Shown piece by piece: positions 1 to 10,566 of a stretch of 64,000 bases of DNA. The first letter of the stretch is position 1. Every line of letters begins with the position of its first letter. A model generated the notes under the pieces. It was not told the origin of the DNA. It ran no database searches and was given only the letters and a program-made list of their open reading frames with translations. The position numbers and the translations under genes were made by a program. Origin of the DNA: Podarcis liolepis (taxonomy: Eukaryota); NCBI GenBank assembly GCA_965112155.1, contig OZ218104.1; one strand, 5' to 3'.

Positions 1-620
1 TCTTTTCCCTCCTTCCCACCGTCCCCCGTCCGGCTCCCCCCCCCCCCGCAAATGCGCGCACACACACAAAGTCCAACTCACCATGGCGGAATATGTGTGA
101 ACCAACATCTGGACAGCAGCCAAAAAAGCAACAACGAAAATCTTCTAGGAAAATGCCCCCAAACGGGGGGGGGGGGTGTTTGTTGTTGGAGGTGGATGAG
201 AATAACAACGACGAAAGCAGCCCCCAACCCTGGCGAAAGAATCCGTCAAAATCAAGTGGTGATCTGCGCTGCCATGGATGGCCTTCGCCGCCGGTAGCCC
301 AGCGAGCGGCGCGGTGGGATGGTGGCTGCTTCTTTCCCCGCGAGCCTTTCCCTTTAACAGCCTATGCTCCCGAGTTCTTGCTCCCTCTGAGCCCAATGCA
401 ACTCCATGGACTCCAGTTATAGAGGCGGGAGCGCGCCCAGAGCGCCGGGAGCGCGCGTTAAAGAGACAGAGCGCACGGCCGTCGCCTTGGGTGTTTCGAG
501 GATAGATTCGGCTTCCGCAGCGACTTCAAAACGGCGTCTGAACGCGCGGGGTCGCGGAGGAAGAGAGACCCAGCGCATGGCAGCCCAAATGTGGTGACTA
601 GGAAATAAGTAGCAGGGAGC
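1..620 (-). promoter_or_regulatory. CpG island: proximal promoter and 5'UTR of the TFAP2E MLVHTYSAM exon
   Basis: Dense CpG/GC content around the first exon; TATAA-like word on the minus strand at 417-421 (inferred TATA). Confidence 0.7.
82..108 (-). CDS. TFAP2E: Transcription factor AP-2 epsilon, first coding exon (MLVHTYSAM); rest of gene is outside the window to the left
   Basis: Minus strand reads ATG TTG GTT CAC ACA TAT TCC GCC ATG|gtgagt = MLVHTYSAM, the recognised AP-2epsilon N-terminus, followed by a perfect phase-0 donor. Position downstream of and co-oriented with NCDN matches the known TFAP2E-NCDN-KIAA0319L synteny. Confidence 0.93.
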
Positions 621-904
621 TTGCGGAGGAATAAGCCCCTCTGAACAGAGTGTAGATTTATCTCCGAGGAATCATTTCAGGATCGGGCTGCGATCCTACC
701 CGCACATAGATCCATACTGAATATAGTGGGATTTAATTCAGAGTGTAACAGACATAGGATCGAGGGGCAGGGCTGTATTCCTAGGCATAATTACTCACTA
801 AATCTCACTAAACAGACTTTGATTCAGGACGCATCTTCCGGGCGAGTAGTTTTAGGGTTGCAGCGTATCCCTTAGCAGTAAAGCTAAGTTAATTATCACT
901 TAAG

Positions 905-993
905 GCAGCAATCCTATGCACAGTCTTCCTTGAGAGCATGTCCCATGGAGCTCAGTGGTGCTTGCTTCCGAGTAGACTTGTATAGGCTTGCCC
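905..993. repeat. ~85-bp palindromic interspersed element (GCAATCCTAT...ATAGG.TTGC); many degenerate copies in the window
   Basis: Inverted ends and a central CCCAT.GA..TCAGTGG hairpin; similar copies at about 690-765, 770-865, 1280-1385, 2810-2872, 6804-6890, 34880-34969, 41244-41413. Confidence 0.65.
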
Positions 994-3089
994 TGCTAGT
1001 AGATCTCTGGGGCACAACTGTTTGCCAGAAATTCAAACTCTGCTTTGATTGTTGTTCTTAACTTTTATTCCCACCTCCGGGGGGGGGGGAGATTTATATT
1101 TAATAAAAGGTGAAACTTCAATACCGGTCTGTTCTCGCTACACATCCCTTCCAACCTCACTTCATGCAACCTAAAACATCTGGATGTGTAAAAGTGCCGC
1201 TTTCACAAATGGCCAATGTTTCATCCTCGAGGAGAAGGGGCATTTTATATTATTATTGACTTTTTAATGACAATACTGCGGGTTGTATCCTATCCAGAGT
1301 GGTCCCATTGAAATCAATGAGCATCACTAAGTTAGGTCCATTAATTTCGGTGGCTGTCCTCTGAGTATATTTGGTTGGCTACAACTTCAAATCCTCTTCT
1401 GCGTTTGTAAGGGGGGGGTAGATTTGGTTTTGGCGATTTCTCCTTAAACTTCAAAAGAGCGACTTAAATTTGTGAAAGAGCGGGGTGGATGGGAGAGAAG
1501 GACCCGAGCCCCACTAGTGCCTGCTGTGTCCCGGGTGGACCTGGGGAACGCGCAGGACAGAAGAGCGACGTCCCCAAGACTCTCTTTCCTGGCTGTTGGT
1601 GGACGGGTGGGGAGAGCGGCGGCTTTATCCGCGCCGCTCTTAGCTTTAATTTTATTAGGCCCAACAAGGTGATAATTCTGCCCCCACCTCCCCGCTCCCT
1701 TCCTGCTGCTTCTTCCGTATCAAAGACAGCAAGGAAAGCGAAGGCCCCGCAGCGATGGAAAAACATCGATCCGCCCAGCTAGCTCGCAGAGACTCTCAAG
1801 CGAAGCGCGACTTCCGCGGCTGCTGAAATGGACAAGGGCTTTGCTGCGCTTGGAAAAGCGCTCCAGTTTAGGACGCGTAGTAGGAGGGGGGGGGGAGTTG
1901 GGGCTTTTATTTATTTATTTATTTAAGGAAGGTTGGCTCCTTCTTAAAAAACGAAGGGCGATGGATAAACGGCATCCCGAGGAGAGAGAAGGGAGCTAGC
2001 CTCCACTTTTGATTCATCCTGAAGTTGCTGCTCTTGGGTGGGTGGGTGTGTTTTAATCAGGCCATATTCCCTTTCACAGTAGTCCCCCCGCAGTCAAAAG
2101 TTTGAAAAATTAACTCTCGTCGCCGTTTTAATCGCATTGCACGTGGGAGCCAAGGCCACAGTTTTTCACGTGGCGCGTTTTCAGTCCTGGGATTCAGTCC
2201 CGCAGACTCAAGCGCGCTATCCGCTGAGTTCAGTGTGATTATTAAGCAAGGGCTGGCGCTGCTGGGGGTATTTAGCATCGGAGCCTTGCAGCAAGTTTCC
2301 TCGGAAGTAAATCCCACGGGGTCAGCCCCCGGGGAAACGACCCATACACACGCAACTCAAGGCCCCACTTTGGATATTGAGACGCGCCTGCTATAGGATT
2401 GTGATGGGTTTAATCCTAAGGGCGCGCCTCGTCCCCCCGTCCTCTCACTTTCGGAAATGAATTTTAACATAGTTTTTTTATTCAGGTGGGTGCGAAGGAA
2501 AGGGGTGAGGGGGAGGATTGGGGTGGGGGGTGGGGGTTGTGGTTTGAAGTGCAGCAATTCGCCCAAAGGCAGATCAGTTATCTAGGTCCTAGCAAGGACT
2601 GAGTTAAGGGAACGTCTTTAGGGCTCAGGTCAAATGTGTGCAGGCCTTGTAGTCTCATCGACTTCCAGGGGGCAGTTAAGGGGGGGGGGGGACTGAAGTC
2701 TTTGCACATTAATACAAAAAGCGACTGTGACACTTTAAGCGCTGTAGGGTTTGCCTCTGGAATCTGTGCCCGCAGGACGGCACCCTTACAGTGCAACGTC
2801 TTCACTCAGAAGGAAGTCCCATTGAATTCAGTGGCACTTGCTCCCCAGTGAGTGTGCGCTGGATTGCAGCCTTAAGAATTCTCTTCATTGAGTCCGGATC
2901 TTGTCCCTGTGTTTGTCATATATACAAAGGCAGGTTGTTTTGAAAAGCTGCCCATCCAGAGAGTTAAGAAACGGTGCTTACATTTCTGACCGCAAGAACA
3001 AAATCGATGCTAGAATAACATTGGAAGCGCAGTTCCCTGGACGACCTTCGCCAGCCGGGCGCCCTCCAGATGTTGGCTGGGGCTGATGG

Positions 3090-3230
3090 GCATGGGCGTA
3101 GCCAAGGGGGAAAGAGGGGCAGCTACCCCCTCCCCAAATCAAGTAAATCAATAAAAAAATACTTAACTAACTGAGGTTCTGCTCCCCTTAATATGAAGCC
3201 TGCCCCACCACACATAAACCCTGCTGGTGT
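3090..3230 (+). repeat. Interspersed repeat fragment, second copy at ~9573-9685
   Basis: Both start CATGGGCGTAGCCAAGGGGG and share AAATCAAGTAAAT..ATAAAA..TAACTAACTGAGGTT. Confidence 0.75.
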
Positions 3231-5073
3231 GAATTGTAGTCCAAAATACCTGGAGGCCGCCACGCTGGCGAAGGTCGTCCTTAGTTCCCGAGGCCAAATC
3301 TGGGGGAAGGCCACGATTATTATTTCTTAAGGACCAAAAGAAAACAGGAAGGAGTCCCAGTAGATCCCCGCCTTCTGTTGCAGGTGGCATGATTGGCCAG
3401 CTCATTTTTCAATCTTGCAAATACCTGGGAAAGGCCAACTAGCAAACAGAGCATTTCCCCGCGCGCTGGTTAAGAGTGTCTGCCTGAAATATCACAAGTA
3501 CCAAAGAGGTATCGCAGCATGCAGAAATTATCTCCGCACAGAGCAGCTGGGGCCCGAATCCCAGAACCCTTGGGGACATCCCACCCGCTGTAGAATCTAT
3601 GACGCTTCAGCTAGATACAAACGTGTTTTTGTACGCACACACCCGCACGAGGGACGCTCACGATTAACGTTTTAGGACTGCGCAATCTGTGTACCGGTGC
3701 GTTCAAGAAGTGTCATGAACAGTCTGTGTGCCTTATAGCTAAGTGTGCAAATGTACAATTTCACACAAGCGACTGCACACGGGTAGAGACAGCTTGTACC
3801 TGTGTTCTGTGTAACGTGCGAACACGCTGCGTATGGAACTGAACGCATGCGTAATTCGCTGGTTAACAGCCGGCCTAATACAGCGTGGCCAAGAGGCGAG
3901 CGCCCCAGCTCACACTCGCTCTTGAGTAAAACACCACCGAAGATAGAGGAGCTTACCAATGAGTAAAGGTGAATGGGATCCCTCTTCACATGTACTTCAA
4001 AGAGATACAAACGTGTCTCCTCTGTCCGGAAAAACTATGTATGTCTATGTAGGAATGAGCGTGTTATAGGCATTATAGAGGGGCGCGAGGGGGAGAGAGC
4101 CAACATTAAGCTATATTCAGCAGGAAACTGAAATATACGAGCAAATATCCAACCCGGCGACCTGGCCCTTCAGAGGCCCCCCTCGCTACGATCTGTCTCC
4201 TTTTCCGTGCAACAAGATCCCGTTCTGATGTGCGCAAAATTTGTTTACCTACACATCTATAAGCTGATAGATGTGTCCATCCACCTCGCCCTCCGTTTAG
4301 TCTCCCCATCAACACACGCCCTGCTGCCTGGCCGCCCAGGCACCCATAGGTGCCTCCAAGAGGCGCAGAAAGTTAGTCTCCTTCGGCACCAAGTCTTTAC
4401 ATACCTCAACACACGCATTGAAAAGTACGAGCACCCGTGAAAGGCGAACGAGCCTTTCTCCACAAAAGCCACCTTCGCAGGATGAGACCAAAGACCCACT
4501 GAGTGGAAAAGCAAGGACGTTACAAGAGCGGCTCGTTCCTGGCACACGCGCACCATACATGTGAAGCACCTCCCTGTCCCCTCACAAAGAATCATGGGAA
4601 CTATAGTTTGCTCCCCACAGAGCACCCTTAAACTACATTTCCCAGGATAATTTTGAGATGTATGCTTTTAATGTGCGATATGGTGAGTGCACAAAGGAGG
4701 TGATGGGAAGTCGTGGCCTTCCTTGTCGTTTTGCCCCAGCAGCCTCCGACATTCAGAGGTATACTGGTCCTGTACCTGCAGGTTCCATTGAGCTATCATA
4801 GCTGAACAGTCCTTGGAAGACGTCTGTATAAGTCAGAGCTTCTCAGGTTAAGTATGTGCAGACTACCCTGGGACTAAGCCTCATTGAACATAGCAGGACT
4901 TGCTTCTTGGTAAGCACGCTGAAAAGTTGGCGCTGTTGACTCATCCGTTTCTTTCCACTAAACGAAAAAGCTGCAAACGTGACGGTCTGAAACGCAAGTC
5001 TTTCCTCGGTGTTCCAGCCCTTTGGACTTTTCTTCCCCACCCCTTTTCTGAAATTTCCCCCAAGATTTACAAT

Positions 5074-5076
<3 letters not shown>

Positions 5077-5130
<54 letters not shown>
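5077..5130. repeat. (CT)n microsatellite
   Basis: Seen directly. Confidence 0.98.
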
Positions 5131-5132
<2 letters not shown>

Positions 5133-6022
5133 CTTTCTTTCAAAAACGAAGTGAAGAGGACCCCGGGATTTGTGGACAGTTGGAAGCAATCCCAAAAGAC
5201 CTGAAGTCGACTCCACCCGCCTCCCTTTCAGCTGGAACGGAGAAAGAAGAACCGGGGCATCTAGGGATGGGTTTGCCAAAAGCTCTAAAAAGTCATAATG
5301 GACACAATACCTGAAGGCAAGGACTGCCACTGTTTATTTGGAAGTTCAAAAAGGAAAAGAGGAGAGCATAACCAGGCCGTGTGTCGCCCCTTTGGAGGAG
5401 GAAGACTGGACTGATACTCGCTTTTTATTCAGGTCTGCGAAGACAAGCTGGGTTGGAAGGATAGCATTTTAGCATCTGTTTTCCGCCACCAGCGTGGACA
5501 GAGCAATGACTAGCTCGCCCTAAAGCCGGACAGGGAACAGCAACTTTTCAAAAGGGAAAAGGGAAATGGGGCGCGCAGTTCTCTTTATGTCCCTGCGAAG
5601 ACTCGCTCGCTCCAAAACTTCTCTGGACACGATCCATCCCAAGGAGACCGCTTTGAAATCTCAACCATTTCGTGGTGGGAGAAGCGGTGGCTGGCGAGAC
5701 AGGTTTCCTTGGGAGTAAGCCTCCGGTTGAACCCATGCGAAGATTTGCTTCTGACTAGGTAGGGAGAGCCCTGGCCCTGCTCAGGACAGCGCGGGGAAGA
5801 TTCTGCTGTCCAGGCGAGCGAGTCTTTGCACGTCGAAGGAACTGCAGCAGAGCGAAAGGGGGTCGCCTTGCAGCGCCTGCGCGCTTTCTTGGAAGTAAGT
5901 CCTGTGCAAAGGGAAGGAAACTTCCTCCTTGGTTGCTGTTATTTATTTATTTGCAAAGGTGATTAATATATTTATTTGATAAGATTTACTTATATACCGC
6001 TTATTTGTGGGGGGAGACCCAA

Positions 6023-6156
6023 NNNNNNNNNNNNNNNNNNNNNNNNNNNNNNNNNNNNNNNNNNNNNNNNNNNNNNNNNNNNNNNNNNNNNNNNNNNNNN
6101 NNNNNNNNNNNNNNNNNNNNNNNNNNNNNNNNNNNNNNNNNNNNNNNNNNNNNNNN
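6023..6156. other. Assembly gap (134 N)
   Basis: Run of N. Confidence 1.
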
Positions 6157-8199
6157 GGCGCATAATCTAATATCGACTTCCTGGCAATCATGTACAGGAT
6201 CGGGCTGAACCCGTGCTTCACTATGGATTGAATTGCGCCCACGCATACTCAGTGGAGAGACCTATTTGTATCTTTAAAAGGGGGGAGGCGGGAAAAAGAA
6301 ACAGAAAAACACAGCAAGCGGCTCCCGCAGCAGGAACATAATACACACCCTCCCCGCTTCTTCCTCTGCCAGTGCCACTCCCGCCACTTAAAGTGGGCTT
6401 CATTCATTTGATGTGGCTTCTGAATCTCTTAGAGACCGTTTCAATAAATCACTGCGAAGCCTTAGGACATGGTCGCGTGGCATTTCTTACAGCTGGTTCC
6501 TTTTATTTGGGCTAGGGGGGTAGGCGGGGGAGAGAAAGGGGCAGGTGCAGGGGAAGGGAGGGGGAGACAGGGGGAGAGCCTTCAAGGGGGGAGGGGAGAA
6601 GAAATAACCACCACCACCACCGGCTCCAGTCAAATTTAGAGACACTCCTAGCTAAGGTGCAATGCTCAGCAAACTTGCTTAGAAAAGGTGGAAGCCCCCA
6701 GGGATTTTCGCTTTGGTGCACGAGGCTAGGATCAGGCACCAGGCCCCATGAATTTCGCCCGGAGAATTTTAAGCACGTGCCTGCAAACCAACGGGGTTCA
6801 AAGGCTGCAATTTTAGGCATACTTACCTGGGACTGGGACGCACTCAGCACGGGAGGGAATTATTTCCAAGTAAGCAAAGATAGGATCAGGATGGGGGAAA
6901 GGAAGCCGGACTTTGGCTGGATCGTGGCCAATAATGATAAGAAACGGCAATAAACAAACAAAACCATATTTGTTCCAGGAGCCGATGCTGCCTTCGGAGC
7001 CTTAAGGAAGCTAAATGCAGAGGTACAACTTTAAATAAACACTAAACTAAAAATAATAAATAAAAATACAATGCATTCTTTTAGGATTTCGATCAGGGTT
7101 TTTCAGTATGGGGAATATTTTTCGATTTTTATTTTTTTAAAATTTTATGTGCCGTTTGGCTATTGCTTTAATGGTGATGACTGCCACGACAGAGAATCTA
7201 TAGTCTTTTTATTATTATTAATGGTTCGCTCTGCCGGCAAATCAGCGTCACGAGGCCACTAAATATCGAGAAGAACAACGACACCCCTCTAGACAACCAG
7301 CGGGGGGGGGGAACGTTTTTTGCATAGGAACTCACAATTCGGATGACCAGGGCGTGGGGCGGGGGGTGGGGGGTGGGGAACCGATCTGGATGGTTGTTGG
7401 CCGTCAGGAGGCAACGGATCCTGCCCTGATTGAAGTCGGTTGCTTTTAGGTGAAATATCGAAAAGGAAGAGACTTAAGAGGTCTTAAAAGAACCGCCGGA
7501 GGCAAAGTAAAGTTCAGGGGTCCTCATCCGGTTCGCTTTCACATCCTTGAACTTGCTCCTAGTTGACGTGCAAGGGATTCCTCTAGAGTAAAAGGCAGGA
7601 TCCAGACAAGGCACTGGACTTCTGAAGGAGCTCCACTGATCTCACTGGGAGACGTGGGCTCTTCCCTAGATGCCTTCCATTGAGTTCCCTCCGGGGAGCT
7701 GGTGCCTAACTTGTGCTGGATTGAGGCCTTGAAAGGGACGCCGTTTTGCGTCTGATAGCTGCAGCATTTCCATGGTTCAGCTCCAGCGTCCCGAATACTT
7801 CCTGCGCACCATCTCACCACCTTAGCCCTGCAAATATTATGATGCCCATGTTACAGATGCGGGGCTGAAGCGGAGAGAGTTTGGCCCGGCACCCCTGGGC
7901 AACTTACAGCGCCACGCACACCAGCTGCCTTATTAGTTTAATGGAAATACTTTAATTAGGCAAATAAAAATAAAACACTGTTTTAGCAACTTGCATTAAT
8001 TCCGAATAAATACAATACATTTTTTGTAACTCTATTCAATATCTCCCTCGATGCTTTAGGCTCACTTAAATTTAAGCGCCAGTGACTCTCGAGTAAGTCC
8101 ATGGCAGGTTACCGGGCCTCCATCCTTCATCTTATGCCCACTTACTTGTGAGAAAGTCCCCTTGAGCTCAGTGGACTTATTTCCGAGGAATCGTGTACA

Positions 8200-9150
8200 G
8201 GATCTGGAGCAGCAACCCGAGCCTGTTTCCTCGGAAGTAAGTCCGTTTGACCTCAAGGGAATTTACTCCCGAGGGATCGTGCCTGCGCGTTGGCATCCTT
8301 ACGTGGAAATAACCCCCGCAAACATACGCGGAGCTGACTCCCAAGCGAAAACCCAGGGAGGAAAGCGAGCGTTAAATGAGAGCTCCGCTCCAAAAAGAAC
8401 GAAAACCGCCAGTCTTAACAGCCCCGATCGTCTGCTGCAGGTTTGCACGGATACAAAGCCGACTTGCGTGCAGCGGCGCTTTACTTCCGAGGAAGCACGC
8501 GCACCGGATTCTTTGCGCCCCTTATTTTCGAGGAAGTCGCTCACCTCTCGCACCGGCCGCAGGCGCGCTTGCCTGGCGCGTCCAGCTAGCGTGGCTGCTG
8601 AGCTAGGCAAGGGGGGCTTTGCACCCAGCCAGGATGCGTCCTGCTTGCTTACCTGCAGGTAGTAGCGCTCCTCTTTGATGTTGCCCGACTTCCAATGCAT
8701 CCCTGCGGTGCAAAGGTGCGAAGCGGAAAGCGTTGGAGACGGGACACCCCCAAGCCCAGCTCTCCTCTGCCTCCTTCCTTCCGTCTTGCCACTCCTGTGA
8801 GATTCAGGCGAGCCTCTCTCTCTCTCTCTCCCTCTCCCCCTCTCTCTCTCTCTGCGTGTGTGTCTGAGTGGCCAGGAAAGTTGCACCTTGGAGGCGATTC
8901 GGAGCAGCCCCCCACGAAAGACGCTCAGAGTCCAAGAGGCTGCGCGGAACCCCGAGGGGGCGGCAGCTGCTCTGGCACCTCGGAGGCCTCTTCTTCTTAA
9001 GCCCTTCTTCCTGGGTGCTGCGGGGGGATATTTGCTCTTCCAGCCCAGCCAGCCGCCCCCTCCCCAAATTCGGAGCAACACTTGCGAGAGAGATTTCTGG
9101 CTGCAAGGAGCAGAGAGACGGGTCGGCCTTGGTGGCGATCGTGCAATGCA
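8200..9150 (-). promoter_or_regulatory. CpG island: probable distal TFAP2E promoter with GA-rich leader
   Basis: CpG-dense block surrounding the 8653-8700 exon; (GA)-rich tract on the minus strand at ~8813-8853 just upstream of the ATG. Confidence 0.55.
8653..8700 (-). CDS. TFAP2E: Candidate alternative upstream first coding exon of TFAP2E (MHWKSGNIKEERYYLQ, AP-2 '1a-type')
   Basis: GGG ATG CAT TGG AAG TCG GGC AAC ATC AAA GAG GAG CGC TAC TAC CTG CAG|gtaagc: purine at -3, strong phase-0 donor, inside a CpG island. The peptide resembles MLWKLTDNIKYEDCE (AP-2alpha) and MLWKITDNVKYEEDCE (AP-2gamma). Confidence 0.65.
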
Positions 9151-9996
9151 GACTTCTCGATCTACTTACACCACCCTTTCTCTTGGGCTGCTGCTGCTGC
9201 TGCTGTGGAAGTTGAAAACAAACCCCAACAAAGCCAAGAGGAAGCCAAGAGGCCGGGAGTAGATGTCTGGGGGTGGGGGTGGGCTTAGGTGGGTTTAGGT
9301 GCCTTCCAGGGTCCTTGTGCAAAAACGAGCAGAGCAAGACATGCGAGTTCCCTAAGAGTATAAGAAGAGCTGCTGGATCAGGCCTATGGCCCGTCCAATC
9401 CAGCGTCCTGTTCTCACAGTGGCTGAACAGTCGCCTGTGGGAACCACTCAAGCAGGATTCGAACACAAGAGCCTCTCTTCCCTTCTGTGGTTTCCAGCAA
9501 CTGGTATTCTGAACCATTGCTGTGGAGGTAGAGCAGAGTCCCTATGCATGGCTGGTAGCCGTTGAAAGCCCCATGGGCGTAGCCAAGGGGGGCAGCTGTC
9601 CTTCCTAAATCAAGTAAATAAATAAAAATAACTAACTGAGGTTTTGTTCCTCCCCACCCACCGAACATAAAGCCTCCCCCTCTGCTCCTTTCATGTTTGT
9701 ATAGAAGGCTGGTTATGTTCACACTCCAGGGGTAAATGCGCAAGAAGTATCACACGCTCCAAGGACACATTGCAGCAAGGAATCAAGGAGCGTGCAAGGC
9801 AGGACTGGGGAGGGATGTAGTTCTGTAGCTGGTGTGGCCTCCGCAGAGTCCTGAAAGTTAGAGAGGCTTGGCTCTCCGCTCCCTGCCTGTGGCTTCCCCA
9901 TCTCTGCTATAGTGGTTGCTTAGAGAACAGCCCTCAATAGGGAATGGACCGGAAGACACACCCACTAACTTCTTAGCCCCGCCTACAAATTCCAGA

Positions 9997-10159
9997 CACA
10001 GAATCATAAATGGTAGAGTTGGAAGGGACCACGCAAGGATCATCTAGTCCAACCCCCTGCAATGTAAGGAATCTTTTGCCCAGTGTTGCATCCCTAAAAA
10101 TGTAGGGCTCAAACCCACGACCTCATGATTAAGAGTCTCACACTCTACAAACTGAGCTA
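9997..10159 (-). mobile_element. tRNA-Lys-derived SINE with CR1-type tail
   Basis: Minus strand TAGCTCAG..GTAGAG..TGAGACTCTTAATC.. head plus GATTCCT..ATTGCAGGGGGTTGGACTAGATGATCC..CCCTTCCAACTCTA..ATGATTCTGTG tail. Confidence 0.8.
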
Positions 10160-10351
10160 CCTGTGGATGACTCAGGCTATGTGCACACCACCAGCAGTTC
10201 AACTTGCATTTTCAATTGACTGTAAACACCAGAGAGGGAGCAGAGACTGTCTTCATCTGATGTGCACCACCAGGGCTGGCCCCCTCAAGTATTTTATGGT
10301 GAGGGGGCTGAAGTGACCTCAGACCCTAGGAGTTGGCTCCTATACACACTA

Positions 10352-10566
10352 CAATGGTACATCGGGTTACAGACGCTTCAGGTTACAGACTCCGCTAACC
10401 CAGAAATAGTACCTTGGGTTAAGAACTTTGCTTCAGGATGAGAACAGAAATCGCACGGCGGCAGCGGGAGGCCCCATTAGCTAAAGTGGTACCTCAGGTT
10501 AAGAACAGTTTCAGGTTAAGAACGGACCTCTGAAATGAATTAAGTTCTTAACCAGAGGTACCACTG
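10352..10566 (+). mobile_element. Non-autonomous Tc1/mariner (Tigger/pogo-like) MITE, family A
   Basis: TA|CAATGGTACATCGGGTTA ... TAACCAGAGGTACCACTG|TA: terminal inverted repeats with TA target duplication. Confidence 0.85.

Noticed and set aside
5943-6246. ORFs with X runs
   Set aside because: Artefacts of the N gap.
6815-6832. Perfect minus-strand donor CAG|gtaagt as a third TFAP2E first exon
   Set aside because: It is part of the 85-bp palindromic repeat consensus, and no AP-2-like peptide was seen upstream of it.
7350-7380. G-quadruplex motifs (also ~2500-2545)
   Set aside because: Poly-G runs are common throughout this sequence and there is no specific evidence of function.
8299-9081. 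260-aa minus-strand ORF and overlapping 100-237 aa ORFs at 8.1-9.5 kb as stand-alone genes
   Set aside because: GC-rich CpG-island sequence with GA repeats gives long spurious ORFs; only the 16-codon segment bounded by an ATG and a donor resembles a known protein.
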